In this document: in pieces, positions 49,017 through 58,969 of the stretch
Layout: each line of letters opens with the position of its first letter
Numbering within the stretch: position 1 is the first letter of the stretch
Source of the DNA: Clostridia bacterium
GTDB taxonomy: Bacteria > Bacillota > Clostridia > TANB77 > CAG-508
Direction: 5' to 3'
NCBI GenBank assembly: GCA_035388585.1
Contig: DAOOQE010000003.1
Span: 1,517-65,516, forward strand
Length of the DNA: 64,000 bases
Program-made: the position numbers and the translations under genes
The notes under the pieces: generated by a model
What the model was told of the DNA's origin: nothing
The model's input: the letters and a program-made list of their open reading frames with translations, nothing else
The model's database searches: none

Positions 49017-50403
49017 TATCATCTACCTCCCCTTTAAAGTACCACATATGATCTGAAATAATTTTTGAACTAACTATTTTGCCTATCAAATAGTTTTCTC
49101 CTTCAAAATTAACAATCTTATTTGTTTCAGTTCTTCCTGTTAAAATATTTTCATTATACCTACTCTTTCCTTCTACTAGAATTTTTTGAATAGTACCTAA
49201 ATATTTTTTATTATTTTCTTCTATATGACTTTCTGCTAAAGATTTTAATTTATTAAATCTCTTATGTTTAACATCTTCTGAAATCTGTTCATCCATAATA
49301 TCAGCTGGAGTTCCTACTCTTCTAGAATAAATAAACATATAAACTTGCTCAAAATGAACCTTGCTAACAACATCTAATGTGTCTTCAAAATCTTTTTCTG
49401 TTTCACCTGGGAAACCAACTATTATATCTGTTGAAAAAACAACACCTGGAATATTTTTTTTCATTTTATCTACTAATTCTAGATACTGTTCCTTAGTATA
49501 TTTTCTATTCATTTTATTTAATATATTTGTACTACCTGATTGTACAGGTAAATGAATTATTTTACAAACTTTTTCACAATCTCTTATTGCTTCTATCACA
49601 TCCATTGTAAAATCCTTTGGATGAGGAGAAATAAATCTTATTCTTTCAATACCTTTTATGTTATTTACTTGTCTTAATAAATCAGCAAATGTATATATTC
49701 CTAAATTTCCATTTCCTTTATATGAATTAACATTTTGACCTAAAAGTGTTATTTCCTTATAACCGTTTTTTGCAATATCTGTTATTTCATTTATAATATC
49801 TTTAGGATCTCTACTTCTTTCTCTTCCTCTCACATATGGAACTATACAATAACTACAAAAATTATTACATCCATTTATAATTGTTACAGAAGCTTTTATA
49901 TTATCATTTCTAACAATTGGAAGTCCTTCAATTATTTCTCCATCTATATCTAAAATATCCTCTATTTTTTTATTTTCTACAACAGATTCATACATATCTT
50001 TTGGAAATTGATGCAATGTGTGAGTTCCAAAAATAATATCTATAAATTTATAGCTTTTCTTAATTTTGTCTACAATATGTTTTTCTTGCATCATACAACC
50101 ACCAATTGCAATAATAGTTCCTCTTTTTTCTTTTATTAGTTTAACCTCTCCTATTTTTCCAAACAATTTTTCTTCTGCATTTTCTCTTACACAACATGTG
50201 TTAAATACTACTAAATCAGATTCCTGTAAATTATCTGTTTTACTGTATCCCATCTTTTCTATCATACCACAAAGTTTTTCTGAATCATTCTCATTTAATT
50301 GACATCCCATTGTTAATATAAAATATTTTAATTTTTTATTATTATTTAGTTTATAAATTTTATCTAAATATTCCATTTGATTTTCTATATTTAATTTATC
50401 CAA
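49009..50403 (-). CDS. miaB: tRNA (N6-isopentenyl adenosine(37)-C2)-methylthiotransferase
   Basis: 464 aa. TTG start 5 nt after AGGAGG. UPF0004 domain (TMGCQLNENDSE), radical SAM CNNFCSYC and a C-terminal TRAM domain. Confidence 0.93.
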   Translation of the reverse strand: MDKLNIENQMEYLDKIYKLNNNKKLKYFILTMGCQLNENDSEKLCGMIEKMGYSKTDNLQESDLVVFNTCCVRENAEEKLFGKIGEVKLIKEKRGTIIAIGGCMMQEKHIVDKIKKSYKFIDIIFGTHTLHQFPKDMYESVVENKKIEDILDIDGEIIEGLPIVRNDNIKASVTIINGCNNFCSYCIVPYVRGRERSRDPKDIINEITDIAKNGYKEITLLGQNVNSYKGNGNLGIYTFADLLRQVNNIKGIERIRFISPHPKDFTMDVIEAIRDCEKVCKIIHLPVQSGSTNILNKMNRKYTKEQYLELVDKMKKNIPGVVFSTDIIVGFPGETEKDFEDTLDVVSKVHFEQVYMFIYSRRVGTPADIMDEQISEDVKHKRFNKLKSLAESHIEENNKKYLGTIQKILVEGKSRYNENILTGRTETNKIVNFEGENYLIGKIVSSKIISDHMWYFKGEVDDNG

Positions 50404-50532
50404 AGTTTCCTCCTATTTTATCTAATAAATTTATTTTAACTTATATACATGTTTTTTCTTACTTTTAAAACTGATATTCCTGCAACTAGATTAATTGGTG
50501 TTGGTACGCCATAATAATTAATCTAGAATTTA

Positions 50533-50700
50533 TTTAAACTTATATATTTATTTATACTACATAATCCTCCAAATATGGATAATTAATAATATTTTATTAA
50601 TTATTACTAATATTTCTATATTTTCTAGTGTTTTTTAAACTTCTATATTTATTTATGCTAAACTATCTTCCAAAAATCAAAAATCAATAATCAATAATAG
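50533..50700. repeat. roughly 102-bp spaced direct repeat in the rpmE-miaB spacer
   Basis: TTTAAACTTATATATTTATTTATACTACATAATCCTCCAAATATGG (50533) versus TTTAAACTTCTATATTTATTTATGCTAAACTATCTTCCAAAAATCA (50635). The related motif CTTATTTATACAT recurs at about 50750 and 50838. Confidence 0.6.
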
Positions 50701-50851
50701 TTTATTTAAGATATTTTATACTAAAATAGCTATTTTTTCAAGTATTTTAGCTTATTTATACATATATTTTAGGTTCTTTTACAATTGCAGTTATTGTTAC
50801 AAAATTGCAAATACTTTTTTACTTTAACTATATTTTTACTTATTTATACAT

Positions 50852-50880
50852 AAAAAAAATAGCTGTAAAAGCTATTTTCT
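50852..50880 (-). terminator. rpmE intrinsic terminator
   Basis: On the - strand: AAAATAGCT-TTTAC-AGCTATTTT followed by a T-run. Confidence 0.8.
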
Positions 50881-50894
50881 CTATATTAGATTGC

Positions 50895-51095
50895 TTACGC
50901 AATACCAAATTTCTTTTTGAATTTTTCTGATCTTCCACCTGTTGTTTCTCTTTTTAAGTTTCCTGTCCATACTGGATGGCAATTTGAACATATATCAACT
51001 TTCATATCACCTTTAGTTGAGTTTGTTTTAAATTCTTTACCACATGCACATACTATTGTTGATTCGTTATAATTTGGATGTATTCCTTCTCTCAT
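50895..51095 (-). CDS. rpmE: 50S ribosomal protein L31 (zinc-binding type)
   Basis: 66 aa. MREGIHPNY...CACGKEF...CSNCHPVWTG. Confidence 0.95.
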   Translation of the reverse strand: MREGIHPNYNESTIVCACGKEFKTNSTKGDMKVDICSNCHPVWTGNLKRETTGGRSEKFKKKFGIA

Positions 51096-51222
51096 TTATA
51101 TTCACCTCTCCCTTATAAAATAAAATAACTGTTCTATATGATATCATATATTTTATTATTTTTCAATACTTTTTGAGTATTTTTTAATTTATTATTTTTT
51201 CTGATTAGTTATGTATTAATTA

Positions 51223-51387
51223 CTATTTATTCTTTTTGGCATTTTGTTGTTTTTCATAAACATATTGAGCTGAAGATTGTAATTCAGCTTTAAGTGATGT
51301 TTTATAAACCAATTTGCTCACTACATTAAATAGACAAGCAACTATTAAGATAAATAGCAATAATTTTTTCCAAATTTTAGCTAGCAT
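51223..51387 (-). CDS. small hypothetical membrane protein (54 aa, below the ORF-track cutoff)
   Basis: GGGGAG SD 7 nt before the ATG. Encodes MLAKIWKKLLLFILIVACLFNVVSKLVYKTSLKAELQSSAQYVYEKQQNAKKNK: one TM plus an amphipathic tail. Confidence 0.4.
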   Translation of the reverse strand: MLAKIWKKLLLFILIVACLFNVVSKLVYKTSLKAELQSSAQYVYEKQQNAKKNK

Positions 51388-51531
51388 ATCTTCACTCCCC
51401 TTTTTCAGATAACTCTATTATATACTATTTTAAACTGAATTGTCAATCAATCTTCTTTTTTTGTTTTTTATAAATGATAATATAAATATTATCATTTAAT
51501 TAGATCATAATAATGCTAAAAAGGAGGAATT

Positions 51532-51716
51532 ATGCTAAAAAGAATTTTTTTAATATTTATTTTATCGACTCTTATTTTTTACTATGTGGATGTTCCAAAA
51601 CAGAAAACAAAAATAAAAATCTAAATACTTATAAAAATACTTGTGATCCCACCATCTTAGATAAAAATAGCTTGAATATAGAAATTTTTATTTATAAAGC
51701 TTTTATATTTATATAG
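51532..51716 (+). pseudogene. lipoprotein-like mini-gene interrupted at a T6 tract
   Basis: AAGGAGG SD precedes the ATG at 51532, which gives MLKRIFLIFILSTLIF and then stops at 51622. The frame one base back continues LLCGCSKTENKNK... to 51716. One extra T in the run 51575-51580 would join them into a signal peptide plus lipobox-like L-C-G-C. Confidence 0.3.
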
Positions 51717-51730
51717 CATTTTTATTTATT

Positions 51731-53047
51731 CTATTTCTTTAGTTCCATTACAGTATCTTCTAATTTAAGTGTCTTTTGTTCACCTGTTTTCATATTTTTT
51801 AAAGAAACTACATTATTAGCAATTTCATCTTCTCCAATAACAATAACATAAGGAATGTTTAGTCTATTAGCATATTTAAACTGATTTTTTATTTTTACAT
51901 TATCTGTATAAAGTAAAGTATTTATACCATTTTTTCTCAATTCAGATGCTATTCTAATGCTTTTGGAAAAATCATCAACCATAGATATTACCATAACCTT
52001 AGAAATTGATTTATCATCAGCATTAATTATTTTTTTATCATTTAATTGAAAAAATAATCTTGTAAGTCCTATTGCAATACCAACTCCAGGTAATTTTTTA
52101 TCAGAATAATATTCAGCTAGATTATCGTATCTACCACCTGAACATACACTTCCTAAACTTTTATATTCATTTAAAAATGTTTCATACACTGTTCCAGTAT
52201 AATAATCTAAACCTCTTGCTATTGTTAAATCAATATTGAAATTTTTTTCTGGAACACCAAAAAATCTTACATTATCTAAAACAAACTTTAACTCATATAG
52301 ACCAGTTTTAAAAATATCATCATTTATCTGTAGATTATTTAATTCTGATATAATTTCATCTGGAGAACCTTTTATGTCCAAAAATTCAGATATTTTGCAA
52401 ATCTTTATATCTGAGATACCAAGTAGCTTTATTTGCTCAAGAACATTTTCTTTACCAATCTTTTCTATTTTATCTATTATTTTAAGTATATTTCCACTTT
52501 GCTCTAATAAATCTAAACTTGAAAAAAGACCACTTAATATTTTTCTATTATTAATACTTATTGTAAAATCTTCAAATCCAAGATCTTTTATTGTTGAATA
52601 TATTATACTTGGAATTTCAGCATCATTTATTAAGCTTAGTTCTCCTTCCCCTATAATATCTATATCGCATTGATAAAATTCACGAAATCTACCTCTTTGG
52701 GCTTTTTCACCTCTATAAACCTTTCCAATTTGGTATCTTCTAAAAGGAAAAGATAATTGAGAATAATATTGAGTTACATATTTTGCAAGTGGCACTGTTA
52801 AATCAAACCTTAATGCAAGATTATTATCTCCTTTTTCAAAACTATATATTTGTTTTTCTGTTTCTCCTCCAGCCTTAGCTAAAAGTACTTCTGCCGACTC
52901 AATTATTGGAGTGTCTAATGGTAAAAAACCATATTTTTCATATGATTTTTGTATTTTTTCTCTTACTTCATTAAACAATATTTGCTCATTTGGCAATAAC
53001 TCCATAAATCCTGGTAATGTTTTTGGTACTATTTTATTTTGCTTCAT
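51731..53047 (-). CDS. hisS: histidine--tRNA ligase
   Basis: 438 aa. Class II motifs (LRFDLTVPLAKY, FRRYQIGKVYRGEKAQRGRFREFYQCD, GGRYD) plus a C-terminal anticodon-binding domain. Confidence 0.92.
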   Translation of the reverse strand: MKQNKIVPKTLPGFMELLPNEQILFNEVREKIQKSYEKYGFLPLDTPIIESAEVLLAKAGGETEKQIYSFEKGDNNLALRFDLTVPLAKYVTQYYSQLSFPFRRYQIGKVYRGEKAQRGRFREFYQCDIDIIGEGELSLINDAEIPSIIYSTIKDLGFEDFTISINNRKILSGLFSSLDLLEQSGNILKIIDKIEKIGKENVLEQIKLLGISDIKICKISEFLDIKGSPDEIISELNNLQINDDIFKTGLYELKFVLDNVRFFGVPEKNFNIDLTIARGLDYYTGTVYETFLNEYKSLGSVCSGGRYDNLAEYYSDKKLPGVGIAIGLTRLFFQLNDKKIINADDKSISKVMVISMVDDFSKSIRIASELRKNGINTLLYTDNVKIKNQFKYANRLNIPYVIVIGEDEIANNVVSLKNMKTGEQKTLKLEDTVMELKK

Positions 53048-53077
53048 TTTTATTTACCTCTCTTAAATTATATACAT

Positions 53078-53106
53078 ATTTTACTATAATTTAAAATTTT
53101 TGTCAA
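53078..53106 (-). promoter_or_regulatory. sigma-A-type promoter for hisS
   Basis: On the - strand: TTGACA, a 17-nt spacer, then TAAAAT, about 30 nt upstream of the hisS ATG. Confidence 0.55.
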
Positions 53107-53109
53107 TAA

Positions 53110-53141
53110 AAACAGCAAGGCCAAATAGGTCTTGCTGTTTT
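53110..53141 (-). terminator. intrinsic terminator of the 427-aa orphan gene
   Basis: On the - strand: AACAGCAAGACC-TATTT-GGCCTTGCTGTT followed by TTTTATT. Confidence 0.7.
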
Positions 53142-53260
53142 ATAATACATAAATTAAGAAATATTTTTTTAATATTAAAATAATTTATATAATATTAAAT
53201 TAGTTACTTAACACAAGAAAATTTAAAAGATTTTTTAGACAAAATTTAGGTTTATTAAAA

Positions 53261-54544
53261 TTAAATCAATTCTTCTAATATCTTTTCTGCTAAATCAATA
53301 AAGTCCTTATAATCGTTTATTTCAAATAAACAAAGATTGTCTAATGAAATAACTTTTTTAATTAAATAACTATAACATAATTGATTGTATTTTACCAAAT
53401 AATAGGAATTTTCAAATCTTGCTGCTTCTTGTAAATTTAGATTTGAAAACTCATAAAACCACTTTTTATTGGTCTCATAATTAATAGTATATTTATCATT
53501 TTTAAAATTATAAATTGAACATGATTTATCTGAGTCAGATAAATGTTTGTTCACTTGAAAATCCGCAATTCTAATTATATCTGCAATACCATATTTCATA
53601 TTGCATGTAATATTGCAAGTATTACCGCTTATTTGTGCAATATACTTATTACACTTAAAAGATATTTCAATATTGCAATCACTTATCAAGTTTTTATTAA
53701 CTATTTTCCATCCGGATTTCTCATTAAAAGAGAAATCATAATCATCATTTACAATTTCTACTTCTGAAAGTTTTCCTTTGGAAATTTTAACCTTTTTTTT
53801 GATATTAATATCTGAATCATTATACTCAATTGAAATAATATTCTTGCTTATTTTAGAATTTTGAAAATCATAGTTTTTTAAAATTCTATAAATTTTCAAA
53901 AAATCAAATTCAGATTTCTTTAATTCAGTTGATATTTCTGCGAAATTCTCTTCAAATGTAAAATCATATGAAAAAACTGTAATTGTTATAGATAATCTTT
54001 TTTTTCCCTTTATGGATTCTCTGATATAAGTTTTTTTATTAAATATTTCTATACAATAATTTGAACTATCAAAAATTTGCATTATCTTTTCATTACCTGT
54101 AGTATTAAAATAAAAATAGTTATTATCTCTATGTATTCCTATTTCAATAATATCTGGGTTTTCACCTATAATAATTCCAAATTCATTTTCAGAGCTGGGT
54201 GAGTTTGCTATAAACTCTAACCCGTTATTTGGATTCAAATCAATATTGCTTTTTATTTCTTTTAATGTCTTATTATGAGAAATTCCAATAATTGTAATGG
54301 GGAGACTAATATTATGTCTATTAAACAAATAGTTTATTTCATCCCGTAAATTATCAACTATTCTTTTAGTTTTTCCTATACCAAAAAATTGAGAGTATAG
54401 AAGATTTATTATTTCTGTTGCCATAGAATTGTTACTTGATAAATTTGCATTTGTAGGAGACACAATTATTCCTAATTTTTCTAAAAACTGTTTTTTCTTG
54501 CAAATTGTATTTTGTTTTTCTTCACATTTCAAATTACCAAACAT
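53261..54544 (-). CDS. hypothetical protein, no recognisable domain (orphan)
   Basis: 427 aa. GGAGG SD 8 nt before the ATG and its own terminator. Cytoplasmic-looking (no TM or signal peptide), Asn/Ile/Lys-rich, with scattered Cys residues (CNIEISFKCNKYIAQISGNTCNITCN). Confidence 0.5.
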   Translation of the reverse strand: MFGNLKCEEKQNTICKKKQFLEKLGIIVSPTNANLSSNNSMATEIINLLYSQFFGIGKTKRIVDNLRDEINYLFNRHNISLPITIIGISHNKTLKEIKSNIDLNPNNGLEFIANSPSSENEFGIIIGENPDIIEIGIHRDNNYFYFNTTGNEKIMQIFDSSNYCIEIFNKKTYIRESIKGKKRLSITITVFSYDFTFEENFAEISTELKKSEFDFLKIYRILKNYDFQNSKISKNIISIEYNDSDINIKKKVKISKGKLSEVEIVNDDYDFSFNEKSGWKIVNKNLISDCNIEISFKCNKYIAQISGNTCNITCNMKYGIADIIRIADFQVNKHLSDSDKSCSIYNFKNDKYTINYETNKKWFYEFSNLNLQEAARFENSYYLVKYNQLCYSYLIKKVISLDNLCLFEINDYKDFIDLAEKILEELI

Positions 54545-54613
54545 TTTTTATTCCTCCATTTTTTTCAAATTATTGAAAAATTTTATATAAATTTCTTATA
54601 AGTATGGATTATA

Positions 54614-56650
54614 TCATATATTTTGCACTTTATCAACTATTTCAAATGAAACCCTTCTTAATTCTTTATTTGCTTCAATAACTTTAATTTTTACTTTATC
54701 TCCTATTTTATAAACCTTTTTTGTTTTCTCTCCAATCAAAGTTTTTCTTGTTTCATTATATTCAAAATATTCTTTTCCTAAGTTTTCAAATCTAATCAAT
54801 CCTTCAACTGTATTTTCTAGTTCTACAAATGCTCCAAATGATGTTATATTAGATATAATGCCATCAAACTCTTGTCCAATTTTTGATTGCATAAATTCTG
54901 CTTTTTTTATATCAACACTATCTCTTTCTACCTTTTGAGCTATTTTTTCTCTAATTGAAGAACTTTCTGAATATTTAATAGCTAGATTTGTATATTTCTC
55001 AACATCATTACTTTCCATTAAATAATTTTCATCTAAGTATTTTGATATTATTCTATGAATAAATAAATCAGGATATCTTCTTATTGGAGATGTGAAATGA
55101 CAATAGTATTTGCTCGCAATTCCAAAATGACCTTTATTTTCATTTTCATATCTTGCCACTTTTAGTGTTCTCAAAATTAAATTTGAAACAACTCTATCTT
55201 CTGGTTTACCTTTTACTTGTTCTAAAACTTCTGAAAAGGCTTTTGGATGAATATTCTCTTTACTTGCTTTAATCTTATATCCAAGATTATATAAAAATTT
55301 ATTTAACTCATTAATTTTTTCTATATCTGGTTCTTCGTGAACTCTATATATAAAAGGTGCTTCTAACCAATAAAATTTTTCTGCTACAACCTCATTTGCA
55401 AGTAGCATAAATTGCTCAATAATTTCATTTGCAAATGAAACCTCATATTTTTTAACATTAATAGCTATACCATTTTTATCTAATATAATTTTACTTTCTG
55501 GAACATCTAAATCTAAGCTTCCCTCTTTCATCCTTTTTGCCTTTAAGATTTTTGCCAATTCTTCCATTGTTTTAAAGTGCTTAGTATATTTTTTGTATTT
55601 TTCAACAATTTGTATTTCATCATTTGTACATTCCTCTTTATTTAATGATTTTAGAATTACAGAAACATCATTATAACTCATTCTTTCTGTAACTCTTATA
55701 ATGCTTTTTCTTATATCAGATGAAATAACTTTTCCTTGTGAATCGATTTCCATTATAGCTGAAAGTGATAATCTATCCTCTTTTGCATTTAAACTACATA
55801 TTCCATTTGATAATTCTTTTGGTAGCATTGGAATAACTCTGTCCATCATATATACACTTGTTCCTCTTATTATTGCCTCATTATCTAAATCTGACCCTTC
55901 CTTAACATACGCACTTACATCTGCTATATGAACACCTAAAATATATTTTCCCGAATCTGTTTTTTCTATATAGATTGCATCATCTAAATCTTTAGCATCT
56001 TCCCCATCAATAGTAAAAATCTCTTTATCTCTTAAATCAAGTCTATTGCGTGTTTCATTATTGTTAATTATTTTACTTACTTTTTTTGCTTCACTAATTA
56101 CTGTATCTGGAAACTCATATGGAAGATTATATTCTTTTACAAGAGAAAGCATATCTACTCCAGACTCATCAGCTTTTCCTATTACCTCCAAAATTTCTCC
56201 TTCAGGCTTTTTACCTTTTGGGTCATATTTTGTTATTCCTACTAATACTTTGCTTTTGTCAGATGCTCCATTAAATTTACTTTTTGAGATAAAGATATCT
56301 GTTCCAAATTTTCTATCATCTGGCACAACAAAACCAAAATTTTTACTTTTTTGGAATGTCCCTACTAAAGTGTTTTTCTCATGTTTAACTATTTCAATTA
56401 TTTTACCTTCTCTATGAAGATTTTCCTTTTCTATTTTATCTTGAATTATAGTTTTATCAGTATTTTTTGTTTTTTCTTTATCATTATTTTTATATTCATA
56501 TACTTTAACTTTAACAATATCTCCATTTAAAGCTTTTTTTGTGTTTATAGAAGATATAAATATTTCTTCATCTTCTCCATCAATTTTCACAAATCCAAAA
56601 CCTTTCGAATTAGCTTTAAATACTCCTTGTAGTTCATGATTATTTTTCAT
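54614..56650 (-). CDS. rnr: ribonuclease R
   Basis: 678 aa. N-terminal cold-shock-like GFGFV, RNB domain (TIDGEDAKDLDDAI, HFTSPIRRYPDL) and a C-terminal S1 domain. Confidence 0.93.
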   Translation of the reverse strand: MKNNHELQGVFKANSKGFGFVKIDGEDEEIFISSINTKKALNGDIVKVKVYEYKNNDKEKTKNTDKTIIQDKIEKENLHREGKIIEIVKHEKNTLVGTFQKSKNFGFVVPDDRKFGTDIFISKSKFNGASDKSKVLVGITKYDPKGKKPEGEILEVIGKADESGVDMLSLVKEYNLPYEFPDTVISEAKKVSKIINNNETRNRLDLRDKEIFTIDGEDAKDLDDAIYIEKTDSGKYILGVHIADVSAYVKEGSDLDNEAIIRGTSVYMMDRVIPMLPKELSNGICSLNAKEDRLSLSAIMEIDSQGKVISSDIRKSIIRVTERMSYNDVSVILKSLNKEECTNDEIQIVEKYKKYTKHFKTMEELAKILKAKRMKEGSLDLDVPESKIILDKNGIAINVKKYEVSFANEIIEQFMLLANEVVAEKFYWLEAPFIYRVHEEPDIEKINELNKFLYNLGYKIKASKENIHPKAFSEVLEQVKGKPEDRVVSNLILRTLKVARYENENKGHFGIASKYYCHFTSPIRRYPDLFIHRIISKYLDENYLMESNDVEKYTNLAIKYSESSSIREKIAQKVERDSVDIKKAEFMQSKIGQEFDGIISNITSFGAFVELENTVEGLIRFENLGKEYFEYNETRKTLIGEKTKKVYKIGDKVKIKVIEANKELRRVSFEIVDKVQNI

Positions 56651-56675
56651 TTTTTCTCCTTTTTATTTTTATAAA

Positions 56676-56925
56676 ATTATATACTTATTATTATTTAGCA
56701 TTTTAAAATTATTATTATATATATTTTATACTTATAACTATTTAGTATTTTATAATTATTATCATTTATATTTTATACTTATAACTATTTTATATTTTAT
56801 AATTATTAATATTTACTATTTTATAATTATTAATATTTTATAATTTTTATTATCTAATTTCTTATAATAATTATTATCTATTTTTTTATACTTATTATTA
56901 TTTAATTTTTTATAATTATTTGTCA
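56676..56925. repeat. AT-only repeat field, about 47-bp period, upstream of rnr
   Basis: TATATTTTATACTTATAACTATTT(AG/TA)TATTTTATAATTATTA occurs at 56719 and 56766. Degenerate relatives (TTATACTTATTATTATTTA...TTTTATAATTATT) occur at about 56685 and 56886. Confidence 0.6.
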
Positions 56926-57007
56926 TATTATAAATAAAAAGAGCAAATCAAATACTTTAGAATAAATAAAGTATTGTAATTTGCTCAAGTATTAATTTAT
57001 ATTTTAC

Positions 57008-57256
57008 CTATATTACATATAAAATTCCTAAAACTATTGAACCAATTATAAAAGCTATTGCTAATGTAACAGTTAATTTTTTTAATTTTCCTTTAGTTGT
57101 TCTACCTTTATTTTTTTCATAAAAATTATTAGTAGATGATCCTGTAATTGTTTCAGACGCTCCAGAAGCATCTTTAGTTTGTATTGTTGCAACTACTATT
57201 AATGCAAAACATATTAATATATAAATTACTAATACTATATTTTTTATTATTTCCAT
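57008..57256 (-). CDS. secG: preprotein translocase subunit SecG
   Basis: About 82 aa with two TM segments and a G/S/T-rich loop (KDASGASETITGSS). Start set to the ATG at 57256 on SD spacing. Confidence 0.8.
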   Translation of the reverse strand: MEIIKNIVLVIYILICFALIVVATIQTKDASGASETITGSSTNNFYEKNKGRTTKGKLKKLTVTLAIAFIIGSIVLGILYVI

Positions 57257-57448
57257 TATAACTCTCTCCATTCCTTAGCTATTTACTTTGTAATTCTAAC
57301 ATAGTTTTTTTAAAATTGCAACATATTATCAAACTAAATGTATATTACCATTTGTTCTATATAGTATTGTGTTAACTTATTTTAAAAATTATTTTTTTAA
57401 TATGCATTTTTTATCTTTAAAATAAACTATATTGGACATTTTAAATTT

Positions 57449-57466
57449 AAAAGCTTATAAGCTGAA
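57449..57466 (-). terminator. short palindromic hairpin after clpX
   Basis: AGCTTATAAGCT palindrome. On the - strand it is followed by TTTAAATTTAAAA. Weak. Confidence 0.3.
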
Positions 57467-57476
57467 AATTTTATCT

Positions 57477-58796
57477 TTAGGCTGTTTCTGTTTTCTTATT
57501 TGTTGTAGTTCTTTTTGGTTTACTTGTAGTATTATTAATTACTTCTTTTTTATTGTTGTTTATAATAATTTTCGGTGGTTCTTTATTTTCAACAGTTTGC
57601 TTAGTAATAATACATTTTTCTATCTTAGGATTAGAAGGAATATCAAACATTATATCTCTCATTATATCCTCTATAATTGATCTTAAGCCTCTTGCACCAG
57701 TTTTTCTTTGTATAGCCTTATCAACTATTATTTCTAAAGCTTCTGTTTCAAATTCTAACTCTACATTATCTAATTCAAAAAGTCTTTGATACTGTTTTAC
57801 CAATGCATTTTTAGGTTTTGTAACTATATCAATTAATGCTTCTCTATCTAATTCTTCTAAAGTTGCAATTATTGGCAATCTACCAACAAACTCAGGAATC
57901 AATCCAAACTTTAATAAATCCTGTGGTAATAATTCTTTAAACATTTTATATTTATCAGCACTTTTTGCACTTTCTATTTGTGCTCCAAAACCAATCGATT
58001 TCTTACCTACTCTGTCTTTAACTAATTTTTCTAATCCTTCAAATGCACCCCCACAAATAAATAATATATTTGATGTATTTATTTGCAAAAATTCTTGATG
58101 AGGATGTTTTCTTCCACCTTGTGGTGGCACAGATGCAACTGTTCCTTCAACAATTTTCAATAAAGCTTGTTGTACCCCTTCTCCACTCACATCTCTTGTT
58201 ATTGAAGGATTTTCTGATTTTCTAGTTATTTTATCAATTTCATCAATATATATAATTCCTTTTTCTGCTTTTGAAATATCATAATCTGCTGATTGAATTA
58301 GTTTTAGTAATATATTTTCTACATCTTCTCCTACATATCCAGCTTCAGTTAATGTTGTTGCATCTGCAATTGCAAATGGAACTTTTAAAATCCTAGCTAA
58401 TGTTTGGGCTAACAATGTTTTACCACACCCTGTAGGTCCTAACAATAATACATTACTTTTTTGTATTTCTATATCATCTTTTTTTGTCTCTGCATTTATC
58501 CTTTTATAATGATTATACACTGCTACTGCTAAAGTTTTTTTTGCTTCATCTTGACCAATTACATATGAATCTAATACATCTTTGATTTGTACTGGAGTAG
58601 GTAGCTCTAATTTTGCTTCTTTTTCGTATGCTAACTCTATATCTTCATACAAATCTTCTTCTATTATACCATTACATACACGTATACATTCATCACATAT
58701 ATAAACACCAGGACCAGCTATAATTCTTTCAACAACATCTTGTGTTTTACCACAAAAAGAACATTTAAATCCTTTACTTTGTGAATTTTTCGCCAT
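57477..58796 (-). CDS. clpX: ATP-dependent Clp protease ATP-binding subunit ClpX
   Basis: 439 aa. N-terminal zinc finger CSFCGK...CDEC, Walker [12 protein letters not shown] and IYIDEIDK. Has a basic T/N/K-rich C-terminal tail. Confidence 0.97.
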   Translation of the reverse strand: MAKNSQSKGFKCSFCGKTQDVVERIIAGPGVYICDECIRVCNGIIEEDLYEDIELAYEKEAKLELPTPVQIKDVLDSYVIGQDEAKKTLAVAVYNHYKRINAETKKDDIEIQKSNVLLLGPTGCGKTLLAQTLARILKVPFAIADATTLTEAGYVGEDVENILLKLIQSADYDISKAEKGIIYIDEIDKITRKSENPSITRDVSGEGVQQALLKIVEGTVASVPPQGGRKHPHQEFLQINTSNILFICGGAFEGLEKLVKDRVGKKSIGFGAQIESAKSADKYKMFKELLPQDLLKFGLIPEFVGRLPIIATLEELDREALIDIVTKPKNALVKQYQRLFELDNVELEFETEALEIIVDKAIQRKTGARGLRSIIEDIMRDIMFDIPSNPKIEKCIITKQTVENKEPPKIIINNNKKEVINNTTSKPKRTTTNKKTETA

Positions 58797-58969
58797 TTTA
58801 AATTATTCTCCTTTTTAATTTATAATTAATATTTTTTTATATTTTTTATTATTTTTTTATATTATTTATGATTAATAATTATATTATTTATAATTTTTTT
58901 ATTTTTATATACTATATTAATTATATTATTTACACATCATTTTGTTATTGTTTTTCTATTTAATCAGTT

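Noticed and set aside
51166-51185. Hairpin AATACT-N5-AGTATT between the 54-aa ORF and rpmE, as a possible terminator.
   Set aside because: It is only a 6-bp AT-rich stem. The T-tract is on the + strand, where nothing is transcribed towards it. This is too weak to call.
53048-53260. T-box leader upstream of hisS.
   Set aside because: The 213-bp spacer is taken up by the upstream gene terminator (53110-53141) and a TTGACA-17-TAAAAT promoter only about 30 nt from the ATG. There is no room for a roughly 200-nt T-box and no T-box consensus sequence.
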